This document shows positions 61,545-64,000 of a DNA stretch of 64,000 bases, piece after piece (the first letter of the stretch is position 1; each line of letters starts with the position of its first letter). The notes under the pieces are model-generated. The model was not told the origin of the DNA. It saw only the letters and a program-made list of their open reading frames with translations, and did not search any database. The DNA is taken from the NCBI GenBank assembly GCA_937625935.1, contig OW569362.1, positions 1 to 64,000 on the forward strand, given 5' to 3'. Origin of the DNA: Tetramitus jugosus (Eukaryota; Protista; Heterolobosea). The translations under genes and the position numbers were made by a program.

Positions 61545-64000
61545 CTACTGCTCCGTTGGTGTGCACAGGTCGCAAAGTTGCCACCTTAATCCTTGAACCT
61601 GTTCTACCTTACCTAGTTGAGTGTCTGATCGTGCTTGCTTCAACAGTTCGATGCACACTTGCATTTGTTCATTGTTTTGAATGGACATGCTTCCCAACAA
61701 CGTATCGATCCACTCTAGTTTGTTGGCAGAGTGAGTGGGCATGGCAGACAAAGTCAAGTACCACATGCAATCAATGGTGAATTCGTTGAATTGCTTTCCA
61801 ATGAGTTGACGCACCAGGCAAACATCAAACAATAGCTCTTTAGAGGTGGAGAGCCATGGGAGAAGCTCAAAGCAAAACAAAGTAACAAGAGCTTCACTTG
61901 GTTCTTGTGATTCAATTAATAGTAGTCGAGCAATATTCTTGGATATCGTCAGTTGATTATCAATAATGCTGCGACTGCCCATTTTCGTGTCTCTACTAAC
62001 AGATGCTGAAGGGGATCTATTGCTCGTCTTTTCAAATCCTATAATCTGTTCCATAAGGGTCCATGGTAGAATGATATCAGAAAAACAATGTATCCATAAA
62101 GGGGACGCACTCTTTGTTATTTGGAAGAACCATTCTTTGTCGGATTGGAAGAACGTATGACGTGCACCAGGGGCCAATTGACTTCCAGTCCTGAATACGG
62201 TCGATAGTTCTTTGATTCTCTCTGTAGTATTGTTAGGCAGAGTAACCTTCACTAATTGTTTTGCCTTTTGGTAAGTGACAGAATCTACACCTGAAAAGGA
62301 CTTATCAAAACCAAATGCCATAAATATGACAATGCATAACATGTTGTGTGAATCTGACTGATGTTTGAAACCATTTCCTTCGAGAAATCTGAGTTGATTC
62401 TCATACACTCTCCAATTTTTCAGTGAGTCAATAGACATTAGTATGAACTCACCTTCACCGTAGTTGGTAAAGTTGCTCAGTATCATTCTAAAGTACAACT
62501 TAATCTTCTTCACATTCGACAGATAGGTCGTGAAGACCGACCTTGGTTTGCTTTGCATCACAGAATGACACATTGAGCACATTGATGCTTGCAATTGATC
62601 ATATCTATATTGTGGAGATTGTGAGAATAGATTGTCTTCTTTTGTTCGCTGTTTCGCTTTGCTCATAGTATCTATTACGATTGAATAATACGCCTTATCT
62701 CCTATTGCATGCTTGATGCTTATGTCTATTAAGGACAGAGTTTCGATCGCATTTGACACATGCCGCTTTGCATTTGGATAGCTAGTTGTCAAACATACTA
62801 CTAGATTCTCTGTATTTAGTGTTTTAGTCAATGCTTTAGTGCTACGCTTACATGCCCGTTGAATAATTGCTTGCAGCTTGCTCAGTTTGCCGTGAAGTTC
62901 TGAAGGATTATAGTAGGTTACATTGGACTGAATTCTGTTCATCGTTCGATAAATGCCTCGTATTAGCTTAGCAATCCATTCATTTTCGTGGAATTGATCT
63001 ACTGTATTACCGGGCTTGGATCTCTTCTTCAAGTCTGCATACAAGTGTGACACTACACTCATCAGAATGTTACAAAATTGAGATGTGCCAGAAACGTGAA
63101 TCGTTTCCTTTCCATCAGACAATACATCTACAATTTTGTGTACAAAGTTCTTGTGGAGAATCCACATAACGACTTCGCTTGAATTTACATACGAGACACA
63201 TCCATTAGTCTCATTAGCCAATTTCATTAAATTAATCACCTTATCTAAAGATTCACTTGATGTTTCGGACATTTGATTGAATAGGGAGTAGCAATGATAC
63301 ATAATTGAACTATATTCACTGCTTTTCTGAACTGCAATTTGAGTAGAAGAGGATAGAAGTTGTCTTAAAGCATTTACCCTCAGTGTCCATCTAGACCAAT
63401 CATGATTGATATTCATCGCTTGTAGTCGATTCTTCAAATCTCGTATCGTATCCAGTTTTTCATCGAGGTACTTCTTCCATAATTCCCTCAATTGCTTATT
63501 TTCTTGCTGTAATACACCACTCGAAGCAATGCTTCGATCATATTGCTCAACAATGAGTAATTTCCCATAATTGCTACAATAATTGCTTTCCTGTTGTTTC
63601 GTGATCAACATTCGAAGAAACGCACCATGATAACTCTTATTGATGATATTCAATCGATGTTTCAGCCAATCAACGCAGTTCAAACGAATAAATGGCTCCA
63701 AATACTTTGTTCTCCAACACGAATCGAAATAGTTTGGTCGAATCACACTCTTGTGTTCATCAATCTCAACAAAACAATCAAAAATTTGATGCCAAAGATC
63801 TTTGGGTATCTCCAATTGCTGCATGAATCGATCATAGCTCAATTCATCCGTTTGAAGACAATAAAAGTATGGATTTGCTTTTCCCAACTGAATCATCCGT
63901 CGAAACCACATGTCCACTGCACTAGTCTTAATGAAAGTATCCATCATTTGCACAGGAGCTACAAAATGAGGAAATGGACTCCACTCTGTGACTTCAACCC
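61545..64000 (-). CDS. Large hypothetical helical protein; 5' end probably outside the window
   Basis: ORF of more than 800 aa whose frame stays open to the window edge. Confidence 0.75.
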   Translation of the reverse strand, partial: VEVTEWSPFPHFVAPVQMMDTFIKTSAVDMWFRRMIQLGKANPYFYCLQTDELSYDRFMQQLEIPKDLWHQIFDCFVEIDEHKSVIRPNYFDSCWRTKYLEPFIRLNCVDWLKHRLNIINKSYHGAFLRMLITKQQESNYCSNYGKLLIVEQYDRSIASSGVLQQENKQLRELWKKYLDEKLDTIRDLKNRLQAMNINHDWSRWTLRVNALRQLLSSSTQIAVQKSSEYSSIMYHCYSLFNQMSETSSESLDKVINLMKLANETNGCVSYVNSSEVVMWILHKNFVHKIVDVLSDGKETIHVSGTSQFCNILMSVVSHLYADLKKRSKPGNTVDQFHENEWIAKLIRGIYRTMNRIQSNVTYYNPSELHGKLSKLQAIIQRACKRSTKALTKTLNTENLVVCLTTSYPNAKRHVSNAIETLSLIDISIKHAIGDKAYYSIVIDTMSKAKQRTKEDNLFSQSPQYRYDQLQASMCSMCHSVMQSKPRSVFTTYLSNVKKIKLYFRMILSNFTNYGEGEFILMSIDSLKNWRVYENQLRFLEGNGFKHQSDSHNMLCIVIFMAFGFDKSFSGVDSVTYQKAKQLVKVTLPNNTTERIKELSTVFRTGSQLAPGARHTFFQSDKEWFFQITKSASPLWIHCFSDIILPWTLMEQIIGFEKTSNRSPSASVSRDTKMGSRSIIDNQLTISKNIARLLLIESQEPSEALVTLFCFELLPWLSTSKELLFDVCLVRQLIGKQFNEFTIDCMWYLTLSAMPTHSANKLEWIDTLLGSMSIQNNEQMQVCIELLKQARSDTQLGKVEQVQGLRWQLCDLCTPTEQ

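Overview
This window is the left end of a linear, gene-dense, intron-poor eukaryotic chromosome using the standard genetic code. The gene set (Zn2Cys6 factor, SCAR/WAVE, WASH, AP-5 sigma, bacterial-type hydrolases) suggests a free-living bacterivorous amoeboid protist, possibly a heterolobosean; that placement is inference. It has three zones. (1) 1-823 is a (CCCAAA)n/(TTTGGG)n telomere. (2) About 824-18,100 is an accessory subtelomere. It opens with an intact 711-743 aa tyrosine recombinase (YR) gene bracketed by two identical 14-bp telomere-repeat seeds (CCAAACCCAAACCC at 1816-1829 and 4579-4592), each next to hairpins. Two decayed paralogues of the same YR follow (about 7282-7985 on -, about 9037-9174 on +). 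Around them lie a broken chromo-like/DEDDh-exonuclease/PHD gene, an internally duplicated pseudogene, a foldback relic, and secreted or bacterial-type genes (PLA2-like Cys-rich protein, CHAP-like peptidoglycan hydrolase, LRR). (3) About 18,100-64,000 is mostly housekeeping: ABHD, AP5S1, TPR, RING-BAG, Zn2Cys6, GPR89, PGM, ADA3, GST, SCAR, Rieske, CCR4-like, WASH, MGRN1-like, EXD2-like HNH, racemase, WW protein and a C39-like peptidase, with one decayed island at about 49.3-54.5 kb. The best candidate for a new system is a telomere-repeat-targeting, Crypton-like tyrosine-recombinase element family that has hit this chromosome end repeatedly. All homology calls come from motif recognition by eye; no database searches were run.
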